64,000 nt of DNA from Oceanispirochaeta sp. (GCA_963666275.2 CAXXOA010000002.1:2048001-2112000), one strand, 5' to 3'; numbered from the stretch's first letter, positions 37,734 through 48,860 are shown. Translations and numbers: made by a program. The notes: generated from the sequence alone by a model not told the origin.

Positions 37734-38795
37734 ATGAGACTGAAAGGAAAGGTTCCCATGAGAAGAATCCCTCTATTTCTGCTGTTTCTGGCACTTTCTC
37801 CTCTCTTCGCAGAGGGGCAGACCGAGCCGGCTGTTCGGGAAAACCCGGCCCCTGTCCGTACCTTCCGGGACGGCAAAGGCAGCGAGGTCGCTGTTCCGGG
37901 GGAGATCAAGCGGATCATTGTTCTCAATTCAGGTCTGTCTTCCCTTCTGGCGGCATTGGATCAGACCCACAGGATTGTAGGGCGGGACTCTTTTTCAACC
38001 TTTCCTTCCTCCCTCCGTTCCGCAATGGTGGTGGGAAAAAGTTCGGCCTATCCCAATCTGGAACTCATTCTGGCTCAGAAACCCGACCTTGTCCTGGCGG
38101 ATGCCATGTTTGATGAGAGTATCTCGGAAAAACTGAAGGCCCTGGGGATTCCGGTTCTGATTGAAGCCACCAGCGACCCCCAGGGAACCCGGGATCTGCT
38201 TACCCGGTACGGAGACCTGCTGGGATGCTCCGACAGGGCCGATCAGATCATACAGGAACTGGACCTGGCGGATGCCCGCCTGGCCCGTCTGATCTCCCGG
38301 GCACAGGCCGGGGGAGAAGACGCACCGAAAGTTTTTTTTGAAAGTAGAAAGAATTATAAATCCACCTCGGCAAAATCACCCACCCATCAGTACCTGGCTC
38401 TCAGCGGTGGGATCAACATTGCCGCGGAAGAGGGGGTAAGTTCTCCCACTCTGAGCCCCGAGTTCATTGTAACAGGGGATCCGGATGTGATCATCCGGAG
38501 GGTCAGCGGGGATCTGACTGAAGCGACCATGGCGTCCATGCGGGAGAATATCCTGAACCGTCCGGGCCTGAGCACTACCTCGGCCGTCCGGGACCGGAGG
38601 GTTCATATTATCAAGGCCGACCTTTTCCTCACGGTCCGGTATCCGGCGGCCCTTTACTATCACGCGTCCTGGTTCTATCCTGAAACCTTCAGGGATGCCG
38701 ACCCGGATGATTTTAACAGGGAGTGGACCGACTTCCTTTTTGGAGAAGGGGCATTTGAAAGCACAAAAGAATCCTACACATACTCCGGTGAATGA
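37734..38795 (+). CDS. ABC transporter substrate-binding protein (BtuF/Fe-siderophore class)
   Basis: Signal peptide LFAEGQTE; RIIVL, NLE.ILA.KPDLV, DPDVII, AVR..RVH; start could be 37758. Confidence 0.88.
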   Translation: MRLKGKVPMRRIPLFLLFLALSPLFAEGQTEPAVRENPAPVRTFRDGKGSEVAVPGEIKRIIVLNSGLSSLLAALDQTHRIVGRDSFSTFPSSLRSAMVVGKSSAYPNLELILAQKPDLVLADAMFDESISEKLKALGIPVLIEATSDPQGTRDLLTRYGDLLGCSDRADQIIQELDLADARLARLISRAQAGGEDAPKVFFESRKNYKSTSAKSPTHQYLALSGGINIAAEEGVSSPTLSPEFIVTGDPDVIIRRVSGDLTEATMASMRENILNRPGLSTTSAVRDRRVHIIKADLFLTVRYPAALYYHASWFYPETFRDADPDDFNREWTDFLFGEGAFESTKESYTYSGE

Positions 38796-39861
38796 ATCTC
38801 TCCACCAGAACCGCTGGCAGAAAAGCAGGATAAAAAATCTTATCCTGCTTTTTCTGTTATTCACAGCCGCGGCAGGTATCTTCCTTTTCAGTATTATGAC
38901 GGGGTCCGCAGGTATTTCCGCAAAGGACGTGGTTCTGACACTACTTCAGGGACCCGGTCCTTCCGACACCGGAGGAGCAGACCCTGTGATTCACAGCATC
39001 ATCTGGTCTCTCCGCCTTCCCCGGGTTCTCATGTCCCTTCTCTGCGGTGCGGGGCTGGGGATTGCCGGGGCGGCTATGCAGGGAATCCTGCGGAATCCTC
39101 TGGCCAGTCCCTATACCCTGGGAATCTCTTCTGCCGCGGGATTCGGCGCGTCTCTGGCAATCGTTCTGGATGTGGGGGCCATCTCTTTTATTTCCGCCTC
39201 GGGCTACGGCTTTATCATATCCAACTCTTTTCTGTTCTCCCTCCTGGATCTGGGGCTTGTCCTTTTCATCAGCCGCATCCGGGGATTCCGGGCCAGCACC
39301 ATGATCCTCAGCGGGATCTCTCTTATGTATCTGTTTTCCGCCGGAACCTCACTGCTTCAGTATCTTGCCACCAGTGACCAGCTTGCCCGGATTGTATTCT
39401 GGCTTATGGGAAGCCTTATGTCTGTGAGCTGGCATCAGCTGACAATCATTGCCCTGTTTTTTCTGATCCTGTTTCCAGTGCTTATGCGGCTCTCCTGGAG
39501 TCTGAACATCCTCTCCTGCGGAGAAGAGGTGGCCCAGAGCCTGGGAGTCCATCCCCGGTTTGTGATGGTCGCCACTGCACTGGTGGCTTCCCTTATGACG
39601 GCGGCCCTTGTCAGCTTCTGCGGTGTCATCGGATTTATCGGCCTGGTGGCGCCCCATATCGTCCGGCTGCTATTCGGCAGTGATCACAGGCTGCTGCTGC
39701 CGGCATCCGCCCTGAGCGGCGCTTTTCTGCTGGCTTTTGCAGATACCCTGGCCAGAACGGCCCTGTCTCCCATGGAGCTTCCCATCGGGGTTATCACCTC
39801 CTTTATCGGGGTGCCGTTTTTCATATCCATTCTGGTCAGCCGGAAGGGGAGTCCCGAATGA
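38788..39861 (+). CDS. ABC transporter permease (FecCD/BtuC)
   Basis: LRLPR, GAAMQGILRNPLASPYTLGISS, W.MGS, G.IGFIGLVAPH, P.G.IT..IG.P. Confidence 0.93.
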   Translation: MNESLHQNRWQKSRIKNLILLFLLFTAAAGIFLFSIMTGSAGISAKDVVLTLLQGPGPSDTGGADPVIHSIIWSLRLPRVLMSLLCGAGLGIAGAAMQGILRNPLASPYTLGISSAAGFGASLAIVLDVGAISFISASGYGFIISNSFLFSLLDLGLVLFISRIRGFRASTMILSGISLMYLFSAGTSLLQYLATSDQLARIVFWLMGSLMSVSWHQLTIIALFFLILFPVLMRLSWSLNILSCGEEVAQSLGVHPRFVMVATALVASLMTAALVSFCGVIGFIGLVAPHIVRLLFGSDHRLLLPASALSGAFLLAFADTLARTALSPMELPIGVITSFIGVPFFISILVSRKGSPE

Positions 39862-40634
39862 AGCTTTCCGTGAATAATCTGAATTTTTCCTTCCCCAGAC
39901 GGGATGTCCTGAAAGGGATCTCCCTGGAGGTGGATTCTCCCGGCATCATCGGCCTGATAGGGGAAAACGGTTCGGGAAAATCCACTCTGATCCGCTGCCT
40001 CTGCGGGTTAAACACTATAGGGGACAACTCTGTTCTCTATGACGGCAGGGACCTCAACCATACGGCGATCCGCAAAAGGGCCTACCAGTTCGCCTATGTT
40101 CCCCAGAGGACCCTCTACAATCCGGAGATGGTGGTGTACGACTATCTGATTATGGGGCGCAAGCCCTTCTTTCAGTGGAAGGCGGAACAGAAGGACCTGG
40201 AGATCGTGGATCATGTGATCCGGATTTTCCGTCTCGATACCTATGCTTTCCGCAGGATGGGATCCCTCAGCGGAGGGGAGATGCAGAAAATCCTGATCGC
40301 CAGGAGTTTCGTCCAGGATACACCGGTGATCTATCTGGACGAACCGACCAACAACCTGGATATCCGCTATCAGCTGGAACTGATGCACCTGCTCCGGGAA
40401 AGGAGCCGACAGGCCGGAACCATCATTCTGATGGCGGTGCATGATCTGAATCTGGCCTACAGGTTCTGTGACAGGCTGTGCCTTATGCATGAGGGAAGGA
40501 TCTTTGCCGAAGGGGTCCCGGAGGAAGTTCTGACCGAAGAGAATCTTTCAGAGGCCATGGGAGTCCGCTGCTCCCTGGAACAGGGGGATAATCACAGGTT
40601 TATCTATCCTCTGGACAGTTTATCCGGCATATAA
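39858..40634 (+). CDS. ABC transporter ATP-binding protein (FecE/BtuD)
   Basis: GENGSGKS, LSGGE.QK, LDEPT..LD, HDLNLA. Confidence 0.95.
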   Translation: MKLSVNNLNFSFPRRDVLKGISLEVDSPGIIGLIGENGSGKSTLIRCLCGLNTIGDNSVLYDGRDLNHTAIRKRAYQFAYVPQRTLYNPEMVVYDYLIMGRKPFFQWKAEQKDLEIVDHVIRIFRLDTYAFRRMGSLSGGEMQKILIARSFVQDTPVIYLDEPTNNLDIRYQLELMHLLRERSRQAGTIILMAVHDLNLAYRFCDRLCLMHEGRIFAEGVPEEVLTEENLSEAMGVRCSLEQGDNHRFIYPLDSLSGI

Positions 40635-40701
40635 TGGCATCTTCTCCTTCTCTGCCTTAGCATTTAACGGGTGAATCTATCCAAAGGAGGGGAGGGGGAC
40701 T

Positions 40702-40936
40702 GTGGAAAAAATATCCCTGAATATCACAATTGATGCGCAGAAGCAGAGCGTCTGGTCAGTCATAACAGATATTGAGAATTCGGTTCATACGATCAAGGGG
40801 ATTAAAAAGATTGAAATCCTTGAAAAGGGGAATGAAGATCATGAACTTCCTTGTAGGGTGGATGTTCAAAAATGCCACCATTAAAGCCCTGCGGTCGGAT
40901 CTCGAGGATATTAAAGAAGCTGTAGAAAAGGACTGA
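40702..40936 (+). pseudogene. SRPBCC-family gene remnant with internal deletion and frameshift
   Basis: N-terminus I.I.A....VW..ITDIE....I.GI...EILEK, then in another frame (40832-40936) MKIMNFLVGWMFKNATIKALRSDLEDIKEAVEKD*, which looks like an SRPBCC C-terminal helix. Confidence 0.65.
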
Positions 40937-40985
40937 TCCGGAAAGGGGGAGTACGCCGGAACAGATGAATCTCCCCTTTCCGGAT
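40936..40985. terminator. Inverted repeat between convergent genes
   Basis: ATCCGGAAAGGGG / CCCCTTTCCGGAT 13-bp perfect arms. Confidence 0.55.
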
Positions 40986-40987
40986 TA

Positions 40988-43186
40988 TCAACCGACTTCC
41001 TCTTCATTACTTCTGTCAGATGTTCCGGAATCGGCCATTCCCGGCATTTCAGTGTCTGAGATTTCCTCTGTGCTGTAGAAGGAGGCTTCGGTTTTCACAT
41101 TGTTGATGCTCTCCTGATTTCTCAAGGCAATCTCACTGACATTCTGGACGGAATTGCTGATCTCATCCATACCGTTTCCGATCTCTTTCATTGCCATTGA
41201 GACTTCGCTGGATATCTGCGTGAGAGACTGGATCGTTTTGAGAATCCTGTTGTTGCCTTCGGTCATCTCCCGGGAACCGGCCATGATATCCATTCCGGCG
41301 GATTTCATCTCCTCCAGGGATTGGAGGACCTGGGAGCTGCCGGCCACCTGCTCTTCCATAGAGGATTTTATTTCACCGGTAATACGGCCCATGGAGTCCA
41401 TGTTTCCCTGGATTTCTTCAAAGGAGCTGCTGGTGGACTTCGATTCCCTGACGATACTGTCAAAGCTTTCGGCAATATCCGAAATTGTCAGTTTCACCTC
41501 GGCAGACTGGGTCGTGGACTGCTCGGCCAGTTTCCGGATTTCATCAGCAACAACTGCAAATCCTCTTCCCGCATCTCCCGCATGGGCCGCTTCAATGGCT
41601 GCATTCATGGCAAGAAGATTTGTCCTGGCCGCAATACCGGCAATCAGGGTATTCGCATCTTCCAGTTTCCGGGATTTTTCCGCTATGGCATCGATCATAA
41701 GGGATACATTATTCAGATTCTCCTGCCCCAGATCTGCGGAATTCTTCAGGATCTCCATGATCTTTTCCGCCTCTTCCGTAGAGGTTGATACATTCTTTAT
41801 CTGGGCGATCATCTGTTCGATGGCGCTGGAACCCTGCTGGATATTGATATCCTGCTGACTGATATTCTCATCCAGATTCCGGATATTCTGAATAATATCC
41901 TGAACCACCGTAACGGTTTCGGACACACTGGATTCCTGCTGATCAATGTGAGTCCGGGAATTCTCCACATTGGTTCTGATCTCATACACCGCAGCGGCTG
42001 TCTCCTCCATATTGGCCGACAGCTCCTGGCCCACCTGTTCCAGATCCCCAAGGCTCCCTTTCAGAGTCCCGAAAAAATGCCTGAGCGAGTCGAGAAATAC
42101 ATTGATATAGCCGATCATTCCGGCTATTTCATCTCTTCCCTTAACCCTGCCTTTCTGAGTCAGGTCTCCCTCTGATGCCTTGAATAGGATCTGCTCAATT
42201 CCATTCAGTTTGATCACAAGCTTCTTCTTTATGTAGACTGAGAGGATCAGGCTGATCACAAGGATCAGAAGGAAACTGGAAATAAGGAGCATCTCCCTGA
42301 GGGAGGTGGTGGTATGGAACGCTTCCGAATCATTGATCGCCAGGCAGACAATCCACTGAGTGGAGGGCATCCGGATAAATACACCCTGTTTGTCCGACCC
42401 GCCCAGCTGATAGGAGATATTCTGAACTCTCTCTCTACTGTCCACAACGGTCTGGAAAAAGGGGTCCACATCCTGGGAGGGTGTGTAGATAAGATCCTCC
42501 GAGGGGTGGACGATGATCAATCCCTCCCTGTCCAGAATATAGGGGTACCCGGTGGATCCGACCCTTTTATTGTGAATGAACGCTTTGGCAAAGGATGTGA
42601 GATTCAGCGATACAGCGATGATTCCCTTCAGCTCTCCGTCGACCCTTACGGCTGCAGAATGGACAACCGTGAGGTTGCCCGTCGCCACCGACTGGAGGGC
42701 TTTCGTGGCTGTAAAGGTTGTTTTCCCGTCTTCTGCTATGGCCTTGTAATACTCCCGATCCGCCAGGTCCAGGCCAAGCATTCCTGTTGAAAAGGTGGAA
42801 TCCACGACAGTCCCTTCCGTATCCAGGAGGAAGGCCGATTCGTAGTAGCTGCTGCTGTCGTAGAGGTCCATCAGAATATCATGATAATCCAGAGATGAAC
42901 CCAGGCTGTCCGAACCGGTTTCTGCAAGATTCCTGGCAATCTGATCACCGAAAGCTTTGACAAACTTTTCGGTTGTCTGAATTTCAAGCTCCAGAAAATC
43001 GGTAATGGACTGGGTAATAATAGTAAAATTGTCCGTCTGGGTAGATTTTACCTCCCCGGACATACTTGTCAGAATGAAGGCTCCCTGTATCAGGAAGGAC
43101 ACTGTCAGAACCAGTACGACAAGGATAATAAGAGGGATGGAAAATGATACCTTCTCAGATGATCGGCTTTTGCTGTTTTTCATCAT
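40988..43186 (-). CDS. Methyl-accepting chemotaxis protein (dCache sensor)
   Basis: TM-dCache (DREYY, GYPYILD..G.IIVHP)-[38 protein letters not shown]. Confidence 0.96.
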   Translation of the reverse strand: MMKNSKSRSSEKVSFSIPLIILVVLVLTVSFLIQGAFILTSMSGEVKSTQTDNFTIITQSITDFLELEIQTTEKFVKAFGDQIARNLAETGSDSLGSSLDYHDILMDLYDSSSYYESAFLLDTEGTVVDSTFSTGMLGLDLADREYYKAIAEDGKTTFTATKALQSVATGNLTVVHSAAVRVDGELKGIIAVSLNLTSFAKAFIHNKRVGSTGYPYILDREGLIIVHPSEDLIYTPSQDVDPFFQTVVDSRERVQNISYQLGGSDKQGVFIRMPSTQWIVCLAINDSEAFHTTTSLREMLLISSFLLILVISLILSVYIKKKLVIKLNGIEQILFKASEGDLTQKGRVKGRDEIAGMIGYINVFLDSLRHFFGTLKGSLGDLEQVGQELSANMEETAAAVYEIRTNVENSRTHIDQQESSVSETVTVVQDIIQNIRNLDENISQQDINIQQGSSAIEQMIAQIKNVSTSTEEAEKIMEILKNSADLGQENLNNVSLMIDAIAEKSRKLEDANTLIAGIAARTNLLAMNAAIEAAHAGDAGRGFAVVADEIRKLAEQSTTQSAEVKLTISDIAESFDSIVRESKSTSSSFEEIQGNMDSMGRITGEIKSSMEEQVAGSSQVLQSLEEMKSAGMDIMAGSREMTEGNNRILKTIQSLTQISSEVSMAMKEIGNGMDEISNSVQNVSEIALRNQESINNVKTEASFYSTEEISDTEMPGMADSGTSDRSNEEEVG

Positions 43187-43297
43187 ATGTCTCCGGATGG
43201 TTTTTCAATGAATAAGGATGTTTTCTACCATTATTCTTTATTTGCCGGGACATATGCAAGTTGTTTTGTAATATTTACTCCAGCCTCACCCGGGAGA

Positions 43298-45499
43298 TCA
43301 GGATGCTTCACCTTCCTCTTCCGGAAGAGGCCCCTCCGGATCTGAATAGTCCAGCTCAGCTGTTTCACTCTCTTCTATTTCAACGGTCTGATAGATGGAG
43401 GCCCCGGTTTTTACATTGCTGATGCTCTCTTTGTTCCGGGAGACAATGTCACTGACATTCTGAATGGAGCTTTTGATTTCATCCATTCCATGGCCTATCT
43501 CCTTCATAGCCAGAGACACCTCACTGGATATCTGTGTGAGAGACTCCACGGTTTTCAGAATTTTCTGATTTCCCTCGGTCATCTCTCTGGATCCTGAAAG
43601 AACATCCATTCCCGCTGTTTTCATCTCCTGCAGGGACTGCAGAACCTGGGTGCTGCCGGCGACCTGTTCTTCCATGGAGAATTTAATCTCGCCGGTTATC
43701 CGGGCCATGGCATCCATGTTTCCCTCAATCTCCTGGAAGGAGCTGCTTGTGGTATCAGAAGCTTTCACGATCCCGCTGATACTCTGGGAAATATCCAGGA
43801 TTGTTTTTTTGACCTCTGAGGACTGTTTGGTGGACTGCTCCGCCAGGTTGCGGATTTCATCGGCCACCACGGCAAATCCTCTCCCCGCCGCCCCGGCATG
43901 GGCTGCCTCAATGGCGGCGTTCATGGCCAGAAGGTTTGTTTTGGCCGCGATCCCGGCAATAAGGGTATTGGCCTCCTCCAGATTCCGGGATTTTTCGGCA
44001 ATGGTTCCGATCATTCCCGAGACCGTGTTCAGGTTCTCCCGGCCCTGGTGGGAGGAATGTTTCAGAGTCTCCATGATGTTTTCCGCCTCTTCTGTTGAGG
44101 ATGACACATTCTTTATCTGGGCTATCATCTCTTCTATGGCGCTGGACCCCTGCTGAATATTCCCGTCCTGCATGCTGATGCTGGCATCCAGTTTCTGTAT
44201 ATTCCGGATAATCTCCTGCACAACCGCAGCGGTTTCATTTACACTGGATTCCTGCTGATCTATATGGTCCCGGGAGTTGGTCACATTGGTTCGTATCTGA
44301 TAAAGAGCCGCTGCGGTTTCCTCCATGTTGGCAGACAGCTCCTGGCCTACCTGATCGAGTTCGTCCAGATTCCCTTTGAGGCTTATAAAAAATCCCTTGA
44401 GGGATTCCAGAAATGTATTGATATACCCGGTCATACCGGCTACTTCATCTCTGCCTTTTACAGTTCCCTGGACTGTGAGATTCCCTTCGGAAGCCTGAAA
44501 GAGGATCTTCTCTATCTGAGAGAGTTTGATGACAAGCCTTTTTCTGATATAGAAGGCCAGGATCAGACTTATGATCACTATGAGAAGGATGCTTGAGGCG
44601 ATCAGCATTATTCTGAGGGTTAAGATGGAACGGAAGGCTTCGCTGTAATTGATTGCCAGGCAGATAATCCACCCGGTTCCGGGCATCCGGACAAACACTC
44701 CCTCTTTCCGTACCCCGCCCAGTTCATAGGAAATAACCTGAACTCTCTCCTTACTGTCTATGACGGTCTGGAAAAAGGGATCCACATCCTGGGATCTTGT
44801 AAAAACAAGCTCTTTGGAAGGGTGGATCAGGATCAGTCCTTCATTATCCAGCACATAGGGGTAACCGGTTCTGCCTATTTTTTTATTCAGTACAAAGGAG
44901 TTGGCAAAGGACGTCAGATTCAAAGATATGGCCAGAAGGCCTTTTAGCTCTCCATTGGCCCTTATGGCCGCAGAGCAGACCACAGTCAGGTTGCCCGTGG
45001 CTTCCGATATAAGAGCCTTGGAAGTGGTATAGGTGTCTTTTCTTTCATCCATTATGGCTCTGAAATATTCACGGTCGGACAAATCCGCTCCGATCATGGA
45101 TGTGGAGTAGGTGGAGTCCAGTACTTTTCCATTCCCATTCATCAGAAAGGCTGATTCGAAGTAACTGCTCTCATAGGCCAGATCCATAAGGATATCATGG
45201 ACTTCCAGATCGAATTTCAGCTGATCTGTTCCTGTCGCATCCAGGTACTCGGAAATCTGGTCGCTATAGGATTTCACAAGGCGTTCGGTGGACTGAATTT
45301 CCAGGTCCATAAAATCGGTGAGGGACTGGGTAATAATGGTGAAATTCTCACTCTGGCTTTCCTTTATCTGCCGGGACATTCCGGTCAGGATAAAAAATCC
45401 CTGTGTCAGAAACGATACGATAAGGACAAAGACTACCATAATGATGAGAGGGGTTGAAAAAGAGATTTTCTCCCTTTTTTCTCGGGACTTTCGGGCCAT
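43298..45499 (-). CDS. Methyl-accepting chemotaxis protein (dCache sensor), tandem paralog
   Basis: Collinear with 40988..43186, same MCP signature. Confidence 0.96.
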   Translation of the reverse strand: MARKSREKREKISFSTPLIIMVVFVLIVSFLTQGFFILTGMSRQIKESQSENFTIITQSLTDFMDLEIQSTERLVKSYSDQISEYLDATGTDQLKFDLEVHDILMDLAYESSYFESAFLMNGNGKVLDSTYSTSMIGADLSDREYFRAIMDERKDTYTTSKALISEATGNLTVVCSAAIRANGELKGLLAISLNLTSFANSFVLNKKIGRTGYPYVLDNEGLILIHPSKELVFTRSQDVDPFFQTVIDSKERVQVISYELGGVRKEGVFVRMPGTGWIICLAINYSEAFRSILTLRIMLIASSILLIVIISLILAFYIRKRLVIKLSQIEKILFQASEGNLTVQGTVKGRDEVAGMTGYINTFLESLKGFFISLKGNLDELDQVGQELSANMEETAAALYQIRTNVTNSRDHIDQQESSVNETAAVVQEIIRNIQKLDASISMQDGNIQQGSSAIEEMIAQIKNVSSSTEEAENIMETLKHSSHQGRENLNTVSGMIGTIAEKSRNLEEANTLIAGIAAKTNLLAMNAAIEAAHAGAAGRGFAVVADEIRNLAEQSTKQSSEVKKTILDISQSISGIVKASDTTSSSFQEIEGNMDAMARITGEIKFSMEEQVAGSTQVLQSLQEMKTAGMDVLSGSREMTEGNQKILKTVESLTQISSEVSLAMKEIGHGMDEIKSSIQNVSDIVSRNKESISNVKTGASIYQTVEIEESETAELDYSDPEGPLPEEEGEAS

Positions 45500-45609
45500 A
45501 GGATACTCCGGATAATTTTATTAAATCAATATTAAATAACGTTTAAAAATATTATGGAGAATCTTTTAGCGAATGATCAAGCACTTTCAGGAGCTGACTG
45601 ACTAAATGA

Positions 45610-46644
45610 TCAGTCTAATGGCGGTTTACAGGAGTTACGCAGGACCATGGTACAGGGAATTTTATGAATTTCCGGTTCTTTTTCCGGGTTTCTTATCCGT
45701 TTTATCAGACTTTTCATCGCCCTTTGACCCATTTCCTCCACGGGAGTATGTATGCAGGTTAACCGGGGTTCAAAGGCTGTGGACCACTCGAAATCACCGA
45801 AACTGATTATGGATATATCTTCCGGACAGGTCAGGGATAGTTCCCTCATCGCCTGAATGGCTCCCAGGGATAGGGTGTTGCTTCCCAGAAACAGGGCCGT
45901 GGGAGGAATGGGCCTTCTCATCAGCTCCCGTGTCCCCTCGTAACCGCCGGAGATCCTGGCCTGTTTTCTCTGAATATAGTCATCAGAGCCTTTCTGCCCC
46001 GCCATGGCCAGGGCATCCAGATAGCCCTTTTCCCTCTCTCTGTTGCTGGATATCCCGGAAAATCCTCCGATGAAACCGATCCTGCTGTGACCCAGATCGA
46101 GGAGATACCTGACGGCCTGAAAAGAGGCGTTATAATTGTCCAGCTCCACCATATCGGAACGGCAGCCTTCCAGAGTCCTGTCCATGAGCACCGTGGGCAC
46201 CTCTTCTGACAGGGTGTTCCGGATATAGTCCTCATTCCCGCTCCCCGGAGCCAGAATGATACCGTCTACCTGCTTCTGGAGCAGCACATTGATGCATTTC
46301 TTTTCCAGCTCCGGTTCATCGTTATAGCTGTTCAGGATAACACTGAAGCCTTCCCGGTTGGCACTGTTTTCTATCGTATTGATCAGACCGGTAAAAAAGG
46401 GGTTGGTAATATCGGGAACAATCACTCCTATGGTATTGGTTCGGCTCTGCTTGAGACTCTGGGCAATCACATTGGGTTTATAGTTCAGAGTCTCAATGGC
46501 CTTTTGAACCCTCTCTCTGGTTTCTCTTTTCACATGCCGTTTGCCTGTCAGAGAGTGGGATACCGTCGTGGTGGATACTCCGGCAGCCGCAGCCACATCC
46601 TTTATGGTAATTTTCCTTTTCAATATAGCCTCCCGGTTCCGCAT
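45610..46644 (-). CDS. LacI-family transcriptional regulator
   Basis: TIKDVAAAAGVSTTTVS HTH, YKPN..A.SL, NPFF, DGII, LGH.RIG. Confidence 0.95.
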   Translation of the reverse strand: MRNREAILKRKITIKDVAAAAGVSTTTVSHSLTGKRHVKRETRERVQKAIETLNYKPNVIAQSLKQSRTNTIGVIVPDITNPFFTGLINTIENSANREGFSVILNSYNDEPELEKKCINVLLQKQVDGIILAPGSGNEDYIRNTLSEEVPTVLMDRTLEGCRSDMVELDNYNASFQAVRYLLDLGHSRIGFIGGFSGISSNREREKGYLDALAMAGQKGSDDYIQRKQARISGGYEGTRELMRRPIPPTALFLGSNTLSLGAIQAMRELSLTCPEDISIISFGDFEWSTAFEPRLTCIHTPVEEMGQRAMKSLIKRIRNPEKEPEIHKIPCTMVLRNSCKPPLD

Positions 46645-46766
46645 AGTATTTTAAGAGAATCCGGGGATCGGGAATACCGGTCCGGACAGGAAGTTGGGGT
46701 AAAATTCTTCTGTTCCCGTCTATTCTAGGGATTTGTGAACTGTTATATTTGTGTTCAAGGTTGAAA

Positions 46767-47927
46767 ATGGAAAAGAAATTCAGTAAAACAAAAGTCCTCT
46801 CGATTGCTCTGGCACACCACATACATGATATTTACACATCATTTCTGGCACCTCTCCTGCCGCTCCTTATAGAAAAACTGGGAATCCCCCTTTTTGCAGC
46901 CGCTGTGCTGCAGGTGACAAGGAATGCTCCCTCGCTTTTCAACCCCTTTCTGGCGCTTCTGGCCGAAAAAAAAGGGGTGAAGTATTTTGTGATCCTGACA
47001 CCGGGACTGACGGCAGTCTCCATGAGCCTGATAGGACTGGCCGGTTCTTTCGGTTTCCTGTTTATCCTCCTTCTGGTGGCGGGAATCTCGGCCGCTCTTT
47101 TTCATATCCCTTCCCCTGTGATGGTCCGGGATTCTTCCGGCGACAGAGTGGGAACGGGAATGAGCTGGTATATGGTAGGGGGAGAACTCGCCAGAACCCT
47201 GGGGCCTCTGATTGCCACGGCGGCAGTATCCTACTGGTCTCTGGAAGAAACATGGAAGCTCATGCCCCTGGGACTCGTTGCTTCCCTCCTGCTCTATGTC
47301 AAACTGAAGGACTATAAAGGGCAGGAAATCCATCGGAAGACATCGGAACAGCAGGGTGCGGGTAAAATCCTCCTGACCTATAGAGCTTTTTTCCTCTCTC
47401 TGGCGGGGTTTACCATGTTCAATTCGGCCATGAAAACCGCACTGACCCTCTATCTGCCTGTCTATCTTGTGGAGAAGGGTGCCTCCCTGTGGTCTGCGGG
47501 ATTTTCACTTTCCCTTCTCCAGGGCTTCGGTGTGGCCGGCGTCTTCTGTTCGGGATATATTTCCGACAGGATGGGAAGACGGGGTACCCTGATTGTATCG
47601 GCTCTGGGTACAGTCCTTTTTATGGGGCTCTTCAGTGTTTTCAACAGCCTGATCCTGCTGAGTTTCCTGGGGTTCTTCCTTTTTGCCAGCGGTCCTGTCC
47701 TCCTGGCCATCGTTCAGGAAACAAAGACCAGGATGCCGACTTTCATGAACGGGATGTATATGTCCGTCAATTTCGGCGTCGGATCCCTGATTGCTCTGGT
47801 TGTGGGATTTCTGGGAGATCGTTTCGGTCTGGAAACAGCTTATTATATCTGCAGTTTTCTGGGACTGGGAATCATTCCCATGGCGATCTGGCTGCCTTCA
47901 ACAGTTAAAAATATTGTAGCAGAATAA
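46767..47927 (+). CDS. MFS transporter (Fsr-like)
   Basis: H..HD.Y..FL.PLLP, A.FH.P, GG......GP, G.ISDRMGRR. Confidence 0.88.
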   Translation: MEKKFSKTKVLSIALAHHIHDIYTSFLAPLLPLLIEKLGIPLFAAAVLQVTRNAPSLFNPFLALLAEKKGVKYFVILTPGLTAVSMSLIGLAGSFGFLFILLLVAGISAALFHIPSPVMVRDSSGDRVGTGMSWYMVGGELARTLGPLIATAAVSYWSLEETWKLMPLGLVASLLLYVKLKDYKGQEIHRKTSEQQGAGKILLTYRAFFLSLAGFTMFNSAMKTALTLYLPVYLVEKGASLWSAGFSLSLLQGFGVAGVFCSGYISDRMGRRGTLIVSALGTVLFMGLFSVFNSLILLSFLGFFLFASGPVLLAIVQETKTRMPTFMNGMYMSVNFGVGSLIALVVGFLGDRFGLETAYYICSFLGLGIIPMAIWLPSTVKNIVAE

Positions 47928-47998
47928 AAAAAATAGTTTTTAATCCCATACAATATAGATAAATAATAAATTATATTTAAAATTAGTAATAAATTCTC

Positions 47999-48027
47999 TT
48001 GCTTATACTACTAATTAGTATTATATT
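47999..48027 (+). promoter_or_regulatory. Sigma70-like promoter of wrbA with a palindromic operator in the spacer
   Basis: TTGCTT-17 nt-TATATT; spacer holds TATACTACTAATTAGTATTATA (10/11 bp self-complementary). Confidence 0.55.
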
Positions 48028-48058
48028 CTCTTTATCAAATTGATGAGGAGTTTACAGT

Positions 48059-48667
48059 ATGAAAATAGCAGTTATATTCTATTCCACCTACGGACATATA
48101 TATCAGATGGCACAGAGTGCAGCCAAAGGCGCGGAAGCAGCGGGAGCAGAGGTTGATCTCGTCAGAGTTCCCGAAACCCTGAGCCCCGAAGTCATTGCGG
48201 CTCTGGGAGCCACAGAAGCTCAGAAAGCTTTTGACGGTGTTAAAGAAGCGCAAGTCGCGGATCTTCCCTCGTACGACGGTTTTATCTTTGCCTTCCCCAC
48301 AAGATTCGGGAATATGCCCGGGCAGTTCAAAACATTTCTGGATGCAACGGGTCAGTTATGGGCCCAGGGAGCACTGGCGGGAAAACCATTCGGAATTGTC
48401 ACTTCCACGGCAACCCAGCATGGGGGACAGGAAACAACAATCCTGACATCCATGGTTCCCTTCATCCATCATGGCATGATTTTTGTCGGTCTGCCTCAGA
48501 CACATCCGGAACTGGGGAATTTTTCCGAAGTCGGCGGCGGTTCCTATTACGGCGCCAGTACTATCAGCGGTGGTGACGGATCCCGTCTACCCGACGAGAG
48601 GGAGCTTTCCCTGTCAGGTAAACTGGCTGAGAGGGTAGCGACTGTAGCAGGAAAACTGAAATCCTGA
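48059..48667 (+). CDS. wrbA: NAD(P)H:quinone oxidoreductase type IV
   Basis: YSTYGH, RVPETL, PTRFGNM, QHGGQETT, GGSYYGA. Confidence 0.95.
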   Translation: MKIAVIFYSTYGHIYQMAQSAAKGAEAAGAEVDLVRVPETLSPEVIAALGATEAQKAFDGVKEAQVADLPSYDGFIFAFPTRFGNMPGQFKTFLDATGQLWAQGALAGKPFGIVTSTATQHGGQETTILTSMVPFIHHGMIFVGLPQTHPELGNFSEVGGGSYYGASTISGGDGSRLPDERELSLSGKLAERVATVAGKLKS

Positions 48668-48718
48668 AAATACCAAGGATCCCCGGATAGCGGGATTCAA
48701 AGGTAAGCATACCCCGCA

Positions 48719-48740
48719 GAGACGCGATTTTTCGCGTCTC
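48719..48740. repeat. REP-like palindrome / terminator, copy 1
   Basis: GAGACGCGA-TTTT-TCGCGTCTC followed by a T-rich tail. Confidence 0.7.
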
Positions 48741-48860
48741 TTCTTTTTTATAGAACCGTTCAGTCTCTCTTATTTTGGAAATTTCCGTTCTGCCTGTTTC
48801 CCCAATGGGAAGGGTGCAGAAAAAATCAATTTGGGATAATATAAAAAGGGGAGGCCTCTA

